A stretch of 64,000 nucleotides of DNA. It comes from an uncultured Clostridia bacterium (lineage in GTDB: Bacteria; Bacillota; Clostridia; TANB77; CAG-508). Location: positions 1,688-65,687 of the forward strand of contig CAKPSX010000001.1 in the NCBI GenBank assembly GCA_934184665.1, given 5' to 3'. The notes under the pieces were generated by a model. The model was given only the letters and a program-made list of their open reading frames with translations, searched no databases and was not told the DNA's origin. The translations under genes and the position numbers were made by a program. The stretch's first letter is position 1. Every line of letters begins with the position of its first letter. Shown here piece after piece: positions 38,683 through 49,042 of this stretch.

Positions 38683-38805
38683 ATCTTAGGGCAGGCGTGT
38701 GTCTGTCCTTTTTTCAATTAAATGTGAAAATTGTGTGAATACTATTTACAAAAAAAAGCTGAAATGTTAATATATGTTAAGAAGTAAAAATGAGGAGGAA
38801 AAATC

Positions 38806-39864
38806 GTGATTCAGATTGAAAACATTACAAAGAAATACGGAGATTTTATAGCAGTAAATAATATAAGCTTTGAAATCGAAGAAGGAGAAATTGTAGGGTT
38901 CCTTGGACCAAATGGTGCTGGTAAAAGTACAACAATGAATATGATAACAGGTTTTATTGAGCCATCTTCAGGAAGAATATTAGTAGATGGGTATGACATA
39001 TCTAAAAAGCCTAAAAAAGCAAAAAGACAGATTGGGTATATGCCAGAGGGAGTGCCATTATACAGTGATTTAACTGTAAAAGAGTTTGTTACATATATGG
39101 CCGAATTAAAAGGCGTAAATAAAAAAGAAAGAAAAGAAAAAGTTCAAAAAGTTTTAGGAGAAATTGGATTAACAAATGTCCAAAATAAGCTAACAAAAAA
39201 CTTGTCAAAGGGATATAAACAAAGAGTAAGCATGGCAGGAGCTTTAATTGGAGATCCAAAAGTTATAATACTTGATGAACCTACAGTAGGACTTGACCCA
39301 AAACAAGTAACAGAAATAAGAGCATTAATAAAAGAGCTAGGGAAAGACCGTACTATAATATTAAGTTCACATATACTATCAGAAGTAAGTCAGATATGTA
39401 ATAGAGTAATAATAATTAATAGAGGAGAAATTGTCGCAATAGACACTCCAGATAATCTTGAGAAAAAAGTTGAAAGAGATAACTCAGTTTATGTTACAGT
39501 TGAAGATAAAGATAATAAAATGGAAAATATCAAAGAAAAATTAACAGATGTAAAAGAAATCAATTTGGTTGAAGAAAATGAAGATAATACCAAAAAATAT
39601 ATGATTACTGCAAACAAAGATGTAGATTTAAGAAAGCAAATATTTGAAGTATTTGCTAAAGAAGGAATAACAATATTTGAAATGAAAAAAGTTGATGCTA
39701 CACTTGAAGATGCATTTATGCAATTAATAAATACATTACCTGAAGGAAATCAAGAAAATAAAGAAGAGCAAAATAAATCAAAAGATAAAGATGAGGGTAA
39801 AAAAGAAAAGAAAAATAAGAATAAAAAACAAAAAGAACCTAAAAAAGAAGGAGGGAAAGAATAA
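38806..39864 (+). CDS. ABC transporter ATP-binding protein (ABC-2/GldA-like) with a Lys/Glu-rich C-terminal tail
   Basis: The gene has a GTG start with RBS (gaggagg). Walker A is GFLGPNGAGKST, the signature is LSKGYKQRV and Walker B is IILDEPTVGLD. The tail is a KEKKNKNKKQKEPKKEGGKE-type sequence. Confidence 0.8.
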   Translation: MIQIENITKKYGDFIAVNNISFEIEEGEIVGFLGPNGAGKSTTMNMITGFIEPSSGRILVDGYDISKKPKKAKRQIGYMPEGVPLYSDLTVKEFVTYMAELKGVNKKERKEKVQKVLGEIGLTNVQNKLTKNLSKGYKQRVSMAGALIGDPKVIILDEPTVGLDPKQVTEIRALIKELGKDRTIILSSHILSEVSQICNRVIIINRGEIVAIDTPDNLEKKVERDNSVYVTVEDKDNKMENIKEKLTDVKEINLVEENEDNTKKYMITANKDVDLRKQIFEVFAKEGITIFEMKKVDATLEDAFMQLINTLPEGNQENKEEQNKSKDKDEGKKEKKNKNKKQKEPKKEGGKE

Positions 39865-40547
39865 TGTGGGCAGTATTTAAAAAAGAGTTTAAAAGTTACT
39901 TTTTATCTCCAATAGGTTATGTAGTAATAGGTATATTTTTACTTGTATTTAGTGTATTCTTTTATATAACATCATTACGTAGTGGAAGTGTTGATTTGGG
40001 TTCACTATATTATTTTACAGCACTTTATGGATTGATAATAATAGCTCCAATATTAACAATGAGAATGTTTGCGGAAGAAAGGAAAACAGGAACAGAACAG
40101 CTAATTTTAACATCACCTGTAAGTATGACAGGAGTTGTATTTGGCAAATTTTTAGCTGCAATGGCAGTAATATTAATAACATTAGTAGTATCTTTTATGT
40201 ATTTCTTTATAGTAAGTCTTTTTGGAGAACCTAATATAATACCTTTATTAGTATATATGGCAGGATTTATACTAGTTGCGGCAGCAGCATTATCAATAGG
40301 AATGCTTGCATCAAGTATTACAGAAAATCAAATAATTGCGGGAATATTAACAATAGCTTTTTTAGTATTGTCATTATTTATACAAACAGATAACGATATA
40401 TTAACAAATATAACATTAATGAGCTTTTATCAAAAATTCCCTCAAGGTGTAATAACATTAAAAGAAATAGTAGGATTAGTATCATTTACAGGGGTATTTA
40501 TATCATTAACAATAATGGTTATGCAAAGAAGAAAATTAGTAAAATAG
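39864..40547 (+). CDS. ABC-2 type permease (GldF-like), 6 TM
   Basis: A 227-aa polytopic membrane protein, translationally coupled to the ATPase by an ATGA overlap. Confidence 0.7.
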   Translation: MWAVFKKEFKSYFLSPIGYVVIGIFLLVFSVFFYITSLRSGSVDLGSLYYFTALYGLIIIAPILTMRMFAEERKTGTEQLILTSPVSMTGVVFGKFLAAMAVILITLVVSFMYFFIVSLFGEPNIIPLLVYMAGFILVAAAALSIGMLASSITENQIIAGILTIAFLVLSLFIQTDNDILTNITLMSFYQKFPQGVITLKEIVGLVSFTGVFISLTIMVMQRRKLVK

Positions 40548-40563
40548 ACAAGGAGAGCAGAAA

Positions 40564-42000
40564 GTGAAAAAGTTTTTAGAAATCATAAAAAATAAATGGT
40601 TAATTAGAGGTACAACAACAGTTCTTTTAGTGGCTATAATTATTGCCATATATCTTTTATTGAACTGGGGTGTTAGTAAACTTAACTTAGAAGATATAGA
40701 CTGTACGGAAAAGAAATTATATTCTTTATCAGATGAAACAAGGCAAAAATTAAAAGATATTGATAAAGATGTAACAATTCAATTAATAAATATGACTGAT
40801 AATACTTATGTAACAGAATATGTAAAAAAATATGAAAAAGCATGTGATAAAATAAAAGTTGAAGAAATACCAGATTTAACAGCAAGAGTTGATTTAATGA
40901 CAAAATACGGTATGAAAGATTCAGATAGTTTAATTGTTGTAAAAACAGATGAAAAAGAGACAAAACTAACAGAAGATGATTTATATACATTTGATTACAC
41001 AAACTATCAAGAAATTGATACAACAGAAGAATCAATTACAAATGCAATCGTAGAAGTTATAATTAATGAAAAACCAAAAGTATATGTACTATCAGGAAAA
41101 AGTTATTATACAACAGATCAAATGCTTGAAACTGTTTTAACACAGTTAAAAGGTGACTCTAATGAAGTTGATTATACAGATATTTTAGTTAATGGAAAAA
41201 TCCCAGATGATTGTAAATGCTTAGTTATAACAACATTATCAAAAGATTTAACAGAAATAGAAAGAGATCAAATAATAGAGTACATCAAAAAAGGTGGAAA
41301 GTTGATGTTATTAACATCTCAAAATATTATTGATGAAGAAACACCAAACTTTAATGAGGTTTTAGCTCAATATGGTGTACAATTAAAATATGGCGTTGTA
41401 TTTGAACAAGATACTTCTAATATGTTACAAGGTAACCCAGATTATATTATTTCAAATGCAACAGCAAGTTTTATGAGTAATATAGATATGAATATGAAAG
41501 TATGCTTACCAGATGCAGGTAGCATAGAGTTTGAGGAATCAGAAAAACTAGAAGAACTTGGTGTAGAATATGAAGTTCTTGCAACAACAAGTGAAAAATC
41601 ATTTTTAAGAACAAACTTAAACTTAACTTCAGCTAAGAAAACAGAACAAGATGGTAATGACCAATCATATATATTAGGGGCTTTAGCAACTAAGAAAATT
41701 TCAGATGATGTAAAATCAGAAATGATAATATTCTCAAGCGAGATATTTGCATCAGATGCGCAAACAGCTGCGGGTTTAAGAGTTGTAGACTTATACAATA
41801 ATAAAGATGTAATAATAAATTCAATTTCACATTTAACTGAAAGAACAGATACAATTACAATAAGAAAAACAGGAGAAGAAGAACCATATACAGTAACAGT
41901 TCAACAACACACAATAATAAGTACTATTATATTTATAATACCATTAATAATTATTATTGCTGGTGTAATTGTATGGGTAATTAGAAAAAGAAAAAAATAA
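40564..42000 (+). CDS. GldG-like ABC-transporter-associated protein (N- and C-terminal TM anchors)
   Basis: A 478-aa protein with an N-terminal TM helix, a large extracytoplasmic domain and a C-terminal TM helix followed by RKRKK. It is the third gene of the ABC operon. Confidence 0.55.
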   Translation: MKKFLEIIKNKWLIRGTTTVLLVAIIIAIYLLLNWGVSKLNLEDIDCTEKKLYSLSDETRQKLKDIDKDVTIQLINMTDNTYVTEYVKKYEKACDKIKVEEIPDLTARVDLMTKYGMKDSDSLIVVKTDEKETKLTEDDLYTFDYTNYQEIDTTEESITNAIVEVIINEKPKVYVLSGKSYYTTDQMLETVLTQLKGDSNEVDYTDILVNGKIPDDCKCLVITTLSKDLTEIERDQIIEYIKKGGKLMLLTSQNIIDEETPNFNEVLAQYGVQLKYGVVFEQDTSNMLQGNPDYIISNATASFMSNIDMNMKVCLPDAGSIEFEESEKLEELGVEYEVLATTSEKSFLRTNLNLTSAKKTEQDGNDQSYILGALATKKISDDVKSEMIIFSSEIFASDAQTAAGLRVVDLYNNKDVIINSISHLTERTDTITIRKTGEEEPYTVTVQQHTIISTIIFIIPLIIIIAGVIVWVIRKRKK

Positions 42001-42091
42001 AATATTACATTATTAATAAAAAACTTGAAGTATAACTTATATTAGTTATATTTCAAGTTTTTTTGTATAAAATAATATACAAGGTGATGTA

Positions 42092-43111
42092 ATGAAAGAA
42101 ATATTGTTAATTGTATTTGTTATAATTGCAGATTTAATAGGAGCAGGTTTTGCTTCTGGTCAAGAGATGTATTCGTTTTTCTTTGCATATGGTACAAAAG
42201 GTTTATTAGGACTTATGGTGATGAGTGTATTAGTCGCAGTTTTAATATATAAAATCTTGAAGTTAATATGTGTAAGAGAAGTAGATACATATGACGAATT
42301 TTTGGGCATATTTATTAAAAATAAAAAAGCAACAAAAATAATTAATATTATATTAAATGTTTTATTAGTAATAACTTTTTATATAATGATAGCAGGTTTT
42401 GGCGCATATTTTGAACAAGAAGTAGGTATAGCCAAACTTATAGGTAGTACATTTCTAGCAGTTATGTGTCTTATAGTTTTTTTCACTAGTGTTAAAGGTG
42501 TGCTAAAAGTGAGCGAATATCTGGTGCCATTTCTAATAATATGTATAATTGCTATAGGGGTTAAGGCAATGCTTATTTTAGATATAGGAAGTGTTAATAT
42601 TCCTACATTGAAAAAAGGTTGGATATTGAGTTCAGTGGTTTATTGTAGTTATAATATTATTCTTTTAGTTCCGATTTTGATATCACTAAGAAAGCAAATA
42701 AAAGAACAGAGTAAAATAAAGTATATAGCTTTAATATCTGGAATTGTTATATTTGTTTTATCTTTATCAATTTATGTTATTTTAGCAAAAGCAAATGTGG
42801 ATTGGTCTCAAATAGAGATGCCAATGGTTTATGCTGTGAGGACACAGTTTCCTGGATTTAGCAATATCTATACATTTATAATATTAGCTTCAATATTTAC
42901 TACGGCAATAACAGTTGGAACAGGTATTTTACAAAATGTACGCAAAAATAAAAAAAGTTATACACAGGCAGTGATAATTCTGTGCATAACTAGTATTCTA
43001 TTTTCTAATATTGGTTTTTCAAACTTGATAAATTCTGCATATCCACTTTTCGGATATCTTGGAATAGTACAAATAATACTAATATTGTCAAAAAATATTT
43101 GCAAAAAATAA
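42092..43111 (+). CDS. YkvI-family polytopic membrane protein (transporter-like)
   Basis: A 339-aa protein with about 10 TM helices. The N-terminus is IADLIGAGFASGQEMYSFF. Confidence 0.5.
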   Translation: MKEILLIVFVIIADLIGAGFASGQEMYSFFFAYGTKGLLGLMVMSVLVAVLIYKILKLICVREVDTYDEFLGIFIKNKKATKIINIILNVLLVITFYIMIAGFGAYFEQEVGIAKLIGSTFLAVMCLIVFFTSVKGVLKVSEYLVPFLIICIIAIGVKAMLILDIGSVNIPTLKKGWILSSVVYCSYNIILLVPILISLRKQIKEQSKIKYIALISGIVIFVLSLSIYVILAKANVDWSQIEMPMVYAVRTQFPGFSNIYTFIILASIFTTAITVGTGILQNVRKNKKSYTQAVIILCITSILFSNIGFSNLINSAYPLFGYLGIVQIILILSKNICKK

Positions 43112-43158
43112 TGCTTATGATATAATAAGGGCAAATATCAAAAGATGAGGAGAAACTA

Positions 43159-44343
43159 ATGAAAGATTTTTGGGTTGCAGGACTTCAAAATCAAAGAAGA
43201 GATAGACTAAAAAAACTTGCAATATTTATCGGAATACTAATTGTTATAATAGCTGTAATTGCAGTAATATTGGTGTATATGAATAATCTGGATTTTAGAA
43301 AATGGTGTGATGGCAATATTTTAAAAAAAGAGATTTCACAGAAAGATACAAAATCAATTGACATTGATGGAGATGAAAATACACAAATATATGCATATGA
43401 TAAATATATTTGCTTATTTAGGAAAAAGAAATTACAGTTTTATAATAAATTAGGAACAAAAGTTGAAGAAATAGATTTAGATATTAATAAAGCCGTATTT
43501 TCATCTGCTGGTAGATATCTAGCAGTTAGTGAAGAAGGCGGTCAAAAATTCTATCTAATATGTGGGAAAGATAAAATCTTTGAAAATGAAGTTAATGGAA
43601 ATATCAATCAAATAAAAGTTAGCAGAAGCGGATATGTTGCAGTAGTAATGACCAATTCAAGTTATAAATCAATTGTTGATGTATATAACAAAGATGGGAA
43701 ACAGATTTTTAAGAAGAATCTTGTTACATCAAGAGTCGCAGATGTCAGTATATCACAAGATAGCAAATATTTGGCAATAGCAGAGGTAGACATATCTGGA
43801 ATATTGATAAAATCAAGTGTACAGGTTATTTCGATTGATTTAGCACAAGAAAAACCTAATGAATCAATATTATACAAATATGATGCACAGATTGATAAAC
43901 TAATATTAAATATTGAATATCAAGAGAGAGACAAATTAGTTTGCATGTATGATGATTCAATTGAGATACTTGAGGATAACAAAAGTACAGCAATATTAAC
44001 TGTTGAAAATAATAAACCTGCATTTATGTCTATTAATTTTAATAATAAAGTTGCAGTATTAAGAGAGGTATCAACAGGAGACTATACTTCTAATACATAT
44101 ATTGATTTTATTAGCTCAATAACATCAAAAAAAAGTGAATATATTGTAGAAGATGTCACAAAATCCATAGTCGCCACTGAAAACAAACTCGCAATAAATT
44201 GTGGAACAGATTTATATGTAATAAATTCAGATGGTATATTATTAAAAAAATATGTTTCTGATAAAGAAGTAAGTGATGTAGTGTTAACAGACAGTTTAGT
44301 TGGAATAGTTTACAGAGATAAAATACAAATAATAAATTTATAA
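43159..44343 (+). CDS. membrane-anchored hypothetical protein with a repetitive beta-rich ectodomain
   Basis: An N-terminal TM helix (LAIFIGILIVIIAVIAVILVY) is followed by about 330 aa with repeated YxxV/KxxxLAI-like segments, suggestive of a beta-propeller. Confidence 0.4.
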   Translation: MKDFWVAGLQNQRRDRLKKLAIFIGILIVIIAVIAVILVYMNNLDFRKWCDGNILKKEISQKDTKSIDIDGDENTQIYAYDKYICLFRKKKLQFYNKLGTKVEEIDLDINKAVFSSAGRYLAVSEEGGQKFYLICGKDKIFENEVNGNINQIKVSRSGYVAVVMTNSSYKSIVDVYNKDGKQIFKKNLVTSRVADVSISQDSKYLAIAEVDISGILIKSSVQVISIDLAQEKPNESILYKYDAQIDKLILNIEYQERDKLVCMYDDSIEILEDNKSTAILTVENNKPAFMSINFNNKVAVLREVSTGDYTSNTYIDFISSITSKKSEYIVEDVTKSIVATENKLAINCGTDLYVINSDGILLKKYVSDKEVSDVVLTDSLVGIVYRDKIQIINL

Positions 44344-44358
44344 AGGAGTGATAGTTTT

Positions 44359-45000
44359 ATGGGGATTGTTTTAGACATAATTATAGCAGTAGTTATTTTA
44401 GCTAATATATACATATGTTATCAAAAAGGAATAGTAAAACTTGCTGTTGGTTTAATAGCCGTTTTAGTATCTATAGTTTTAGCTATAATACTTTATAAGC
44501 CTGTTTCTGCACTAATAATAAATAATACTCAAATAGATGATAATATAGAAAAGGCTATAATTGAGAATTTTACAGTAAATCAAGAAAAATCAGTAGAAAC
44601 TGAAGATAATGGAATTATGAAATATATGGAAAGCTATGTTGATGATGCGGTAAATAAAACTAAAAATCAAATAGTTATAGAAGCAGCTGGCGTAATATCT
44701 ACTAAACTAATAAATGTTGGCGTTATGATAGGAATATTTATTTTAGCAAGAGTGATATTAGTTGTAATAACACTTATGGCTGATATTATAACAGAATTAC
44801 CAATATTAAAACAGTTTGATGCTATTGGTGGAATTTTATATGGTGTTATAAAATCATTATTAATCATATATGCTGTTTTAGCAATATTATTCTTTATTGT
44901 ATATACAACAGGAAATACAGCAATATCTGAGGCAATTGCTAATTCATATATTACAAAATTATTTTATGACCATAATTTATTATTAAAAATAATTTTCTAG
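44359..45000 (+). CDS. CvpA-family membrane protein
   Basis: The N-terminus MGIVLDIIIAVVILANIYICYQKGIVKLAVGLIAV and four TM helices are typical of CvpA (colicin V production family). Confidence 0.65.
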   Translation: MGIVLDIIIAVVILANIYICYQKGIVKLAVGLIAVLVSIVLAIILYKPVSALIINNTQIDDNIEKAIIENFTVNQEKSVETEDNGIMKYMESYVDDAVNKTKNQIVIEAAGVISTKLINVGVMIGIFILARVILVVITLMADIITELPILKQFDAIGGILYGVIKSLLIIYAVLAILFFIVYTTGNTAISEAIANSYITKLFYDHNLLLKIIF

Positions 45001-45216
45001 TATAATTAGTATGACAAATAGGAAAGTGAGATGAGAGTTACTTTCCTATTTGTTATATATAAAAAAATTAGATAAATAGAAAATGACAAACTACCTTTCA
45101 AAGCAAAGAATTGTGAATTTTTTGTGAAAAAATAGAAAAAAATATAATAATTGTTGAAATTTATAAGCAAATTTGTTATAGTAAAATAGTTAGAATAAAA
45201 AATGGGGGAATAGAAA

Positions 45217-46632
45217 TTGTCAAGAAAAAAAGAAATCCAAAGAGAAAATGAAAATATAGATAATAATAATAAAGTTAAGAAAAAATCGAAGGTTCTAAAA
45301 AAAGTATTAATAACATTATTAATAATATTAGTTTTAGTTGCTGGATTTATAGCATATAAAATTCAAAAAAATGGTGGAGGACTACAAGGTGTTCTATTAA
45401 CATTAACAGGTAATGATGAAGAGTCATTAAAAGATTTAGATGCAATTCAAGTACTTGTAATGGGTGTAAGTACAGATAATGGAGGGAAACTTTCAGATAC
45501 AATAATTTTAGGGACTTATGACCCAAAAACACAACAGGCTTCATTATTATCAATTCCTAGAGATACTTTTATTGGTAAGAGTGAAAGCTCAGCAAGTGCT
45601 TTTGATAAAATAAATTCATTATATCAAAAAAGTCCACAAAAAACGCTTGATGCAGTAAATCAAATAACAGGGTTAAATGTTAAGTACTATGTAGTTGTTG
45701 ATAATCAAGCATTAATAAAACTTGTAGATGTAATTGGTGGAGTTGATTTCTATGTTCCAACAGATATGGTATATACAGATACATCACAAGATTTGTATAT
45801 TAATTTAAAAGAAGGATTACAAAAGATTGATGGTAATAAAGCTGAGCAATTATTAAGATATAGACATGGTGATAAAGACAAAAATGGAAGATATATCGGA
45901 GGATATTCAGCAGAATATGGTAATGACGATATTGGTAGAATGAGAACTCAAAGAGAGTTTATAATGGAAACAGTAAAACAAACAATAAAAGCAAAGAATA
46001 TATTTAAATTGAAAGACATAGTAGATATAGCATATAAATATGTTGAAACAAATATACCAATAGATGTTATGAAAGATTATGTACCATATGCTGTAAATGT
46101 AGATGCAGAAAACATGAGGAGTGAATACCTACCAGGTACATCAGCTCAATTAGGACCTCAACAACTATGGTTTTATCAAGTAAATAAAAAAGAAGTACAA
46201 GCACTTGTTAAAGATATGTACTCTTCAAATGAGGAAAATACAAATAGCAATGGAGAAAATGCAAGTACAACAAATAGTTCAACTAGTTCATCAGGAAACG
46301 AAACAACAAGTGGTACAGAGTCAGAAAATATTGAACCAGTAAAATTAGGAAAAGCTGAGACTTCAAAAGTTACTGTTGAAATATTAAATGGTTCAGGCTC
46401 AGATAAAACACTTTCAAAAGTGAAAAAAGCTTTATCAGCAAGAGGTTATAAAGTTACAAAAACAAATAAGACAACTTCAACTGCTAAAACAACAATAATT
46501 AATAAAACAGATATAAATTCAAAATATGAAAAAGACATAAAATCAATTTTAGGAGTTGGAAATGTATCTGCTAGTTCGGTAAGTTCAAGCAAAGTTGATA
46601 TGACAATAATAATAGGAAAAGATTATAAATAA
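45217..46632 (+). CDS. LytR-CpsA-Psr (LCP) family cell-wall polymer transferase with a LytR C-terminal domain
   Basis: An N-terminal TM helix is present. The LCP core reads VMGVSTDNGGKLSDTIILGTYDPKTQQASLLSIPRDTF...LLRYRHGD. A C-terminal LytR_C-like segment reads VTVEILNGSGSDKTLSKVKKAL. Confidence 0.8.
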   Translation: MSRKKEIQRENENIDNNNKVKKKSKVLKKVLITLLIILVLVAGFIAYKIQKNGGGLQGVLLTLTGNDEESLKDLDAIQVLVMGVSTDNGGKLSDTIILGTYDPKTQQASLLSIPRDTFIGKSESSASAFDKINSLYQKSPQKTLDAVNQITGLNVKYYVVVDNQALIKLVDVIGGVDFYVPTDMVYTDTSQDLYINLKEGLQKIDGNKAEQLLRYRHGDKDKNGRYIGGYSAEYGNDDIGRMRTQREFIMETVKQTIKAKNIFKLKDIVDIAYKYVETNIPIDVMKDYVPYAVNVDAENMRSEYLPGTSAQLGPQQLWFYQVNKKEVQALVKDMYSSNEENTNSNGENASTTNSSTSSSGNETTSGTESENIEPVKLGKAETSKVTVEILNGSGSDKTLSKVKKALSARGYKVTKTNKTTSTAKTTIINKTDINSKYEKDIKSILGVGNVSASSVSSSKVDMTIIIGKDYK

Positions 46633-46771
46633 AAATTGGGGGCTATGATTATAAAAAATTATTTAATATGAAATTAAACATTCATATTAAATAATGATTT
46701 GTAATCGTAAGCCCTTTTATATTAAAGTTATACGAACTTTTTAGATTATATTCAAATAATAAATATTAATA

Positions 46772-48013
46772 TCAAAACCACTTTTTACTTTTTCTCTTTT
46801 TGTTCTTTCCAGAAAGAAGCTTAGATAATATAAATAAAAACAATATAGATAAAAATATTTGCGCAACTAAAGTTATTACATCACTTCTTATAACAGAGTT
46901 TTTTGCAATTAAATCTGTTGAATATGTTTCTCCATTAATGTTATATGTCAGTTTTCCTAGAACAGTACCTTCTGTAATAGGTGCGGATAAATTTTCGTTC
47001 AGTTCTATAGAATAGTCTGATGCATTTATATTAGTGCTAGAAGGTAGTAACTCTGTAAGTGTATCTTTAGTTACTATTTGCAGATTTTCAGTGTCTTTAG
47101 TAGCATTTTTAACAATAACTTCTTTTACAATAGTATCTTTTGCAATTAATTCTTTGATTTTATAATTCGAAAACCCATAATTAAATAAATTTATAGTATC
47201 AATATATCTAACACTTTGTCCCTCATCTGTTTGTTGTGCTCCTAATACAACTGAAATCAATTCAAGACCATCTTTTGAGCTTGCAGAAATTAAACAATTT
47301 TTTGCTTGGGTAGTATATCCTGTTTTTATTCCAATTGCATATTTATAATAATATTTGCTAGAGCTTAATATTAAATTATTTGTATTAGAAAATTTTAATG
47401 TCTTTCCTTCTGATGGAGAAAAAGTATAAGATGGTGTAGAAACGATTTTTCTAAATGTTTCATTTTTCATGCAATACTGTGCAATTAAAGCCATATCATA
47501 AGCTGTAGAATAATGATTCTCATCATGTATTCCACTTGGATTAGTAAAATGTGTGTTTTTACAACCAATTTCTTTGGCTTTTTCATTCATTAAATTTGCA
47601 AAAGAGTCTATATCGCCAGAAATATATTCTGCTAAGATAAATCCTGCTTCATTTGCAGAATGTATAAGAAATACATTTAATAAATCTTCAACTGAAACAA
47701 CATCATTTGCTTGTATTTCAGCATTTGAATATCCTGATGGTACTGACATTACAGCATTATAACTAGCAGTTACCTTATCAGATAAATTACATTTTTCTAG
47801 TGCTATAATTGCAGTTAAAATTTTTGTGGTACTTGCGGGATACATTTTTTTATTTTCATTTTTTCCATATAAAACTTTGCCTGTATTTGAATCTATTAAA
47901 ACTCCAGTTTCAGATAATAATGTTGGAGCTGTGCTTGCATAAGAGGTCGTACACATACAGGCAATTAAGAATATTATTAACATTAAAATTTTTATTAAAT
48001 TTTTGGTTTTCAT
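46772..48013 (-). CDS. D-alanyl-D-alanine carboxypeptidase (PBP5/DacB-like serine peptidase) with a C-terminal membrane anchor
   Basis: A signal peptide is present. The SxxK motif is YPASTTKILT, the SxN motif is HSANEA and the KTG motif is IKTGYTTQA. A C-terminal hydrophobic tail is present. Confidence 0.85.
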   Translation of the reverse strand: MKTKNLIKILMLIIFLIACMCTTSYASTAPTLLSETGVLIDSNTGKVLYGKNENKKMYPASTTKILTAIIALEKCNLSDKVTASYNAVMSVPSGYSNAEIQANDVVSVEDLLNVFLIHSANEAGFILAEYISGDIDSFANLMNEKAKEIGCKNTHFTNPSGIHDENHYSTAYDMALIAQYCMKNETFRKIVSTPSYTFSPSEGKTLKFSNTNNLILSSSKYYYKYAIGIKTGYTTQAKNCLISASSKDGLELISVVLGAQQTDEGQSVRYIDTINLFNYGFSNYKIKELIAKDTIVKEVIVKNATKDTENLQIVTKDTLTELLPSSTNINASDYSIELNENLSAPITEGTVLGKLTYNINGETYSTDLIAKNSVIRSDVITLVAQIFLSILFLFILSKLLSGKNKKRKSKKWF

Positions 48014-48111
48014 TTGATTTCGTTATCTCCTTTATTGATAATGTAAATATAATATCGTATTTAAGAATTATTTTCAAGATAAAAATATAAATTTTGAAAG
48101 GATGTGTTTGT

Positions 48112-48906
48112 ATGAGTTTAAAAAGAAAAAATATAATAATTATTATTGCAATTATTGTATCAATTACAATAGTAGGATTAGCAATAGAAAAAATAATAAA
48201 TGAGAAAGATTATAATAGTAATATAATACAAGAAGAATTAGACGAAGAGGAGATTGATACTAATGAATCTCAAAATAATGATAAAGAAAATTATAATGGT
48301 GAACATGATGGAGATTTTGACTATGATATTGAAGAAACAGAAAATGTCATAAAAAGTGGTGACAATAATTCTAGTGATAATAATTCTACAAATAAAATTT
48401 ATATTTATATAACAGGAGAAGTCAACAACCAAGGTGTTGTAATTTTAAACAAAGGAAGTAGGGTGAAAGATGCAATAGATATTGCAGGAGGCATAACAGA
48501 AAAGGCAAATATAACTAAGTTGAATTTAGCTTATGTACTTGAAGATGGGATGAAAATTAATATACCAAATGATAATGATTTAAGGGAAAATCCAGATTTT
48601 AAATATATTATAAATGGCTCAGATGATGGAAATGATGAAGTTAGAAAAGAGAATGTTGATTCATCTAATGAATCTAAAACAGTGACATCATCATCCTCGT
48701 CAAGCAAGAAAAGTGGAATAGTAAATATAAATACTGCATCTCAGACAGAACTTGAAACTTTGCCAGGTATAGGACCTTCTATAGCACTAAAAATAATTAA
48801 TTATAGGAAAGAGAATGGAAAGTTTTCATCTATTGAAGATATAAAAAATGTGAGTGGTATAGGAGAGAATAAATTTAATGAATTAAAAAAATATATTGGA
48901 GTTTAA
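48112..48906 (+). CDS. comEA: competence protein ComEA (DNA-binding, tandem helix-hairpin-helix)
   Basis: An N-terminal TM helix, an acidic linker and a SLBB-like domain are present. The C-terminal HhH pair reads NINTASQTELETLPGIGPSIALKIINYRKENGKFSSIEDIKNVSGIGENKFNELKKYI. Confidence 0.85.
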   Translation: MSLKRKNIIIIIAIIVSITIVGLAIEKIINEKDYNSNIIQEELDEEEIDTNESQNNDKENYNGEHDGDFDYDIEETENVIKSGDNNSSDNNSTNKIYIYITGEVNNQGVVILNKGSRVKDAIDIAGGITEKANITKLNLAYVLEDGMKINIPNDNDLRENPDFKYIINGSDDGNDEVRKENVDSSNESKTVTSSSSSSKKSGIVNINTASQTELETLPGIGPSIALKIINYRKENGKFSSIEDIKNVSGIGENKFNELKKYIGV

Positions 48907-48952
48907 TTAATATAATTTATTTAAGCTTATGTAAACATATTTTGGAAAATAC

Positions 48953-48987
48953 TTGTAAAAAGGAACAAAGTATGATAAAATAGTTAA
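48953..48987 (+). promoter_or_regulatory. promoter (TTGTAA-17-TAAAAT) upstream of the GC-rich FGE-like gene
   Basis: Read directly from the sequence. It lies in host-like AT-rich sequence just before the GC jump. Confidence 0.4.
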
Positions 48988-49042
48988 CATAATGGCAATG
49001 AGCCATGTTGGAACCGATACTGACAATAGGAGGTAAAACACA

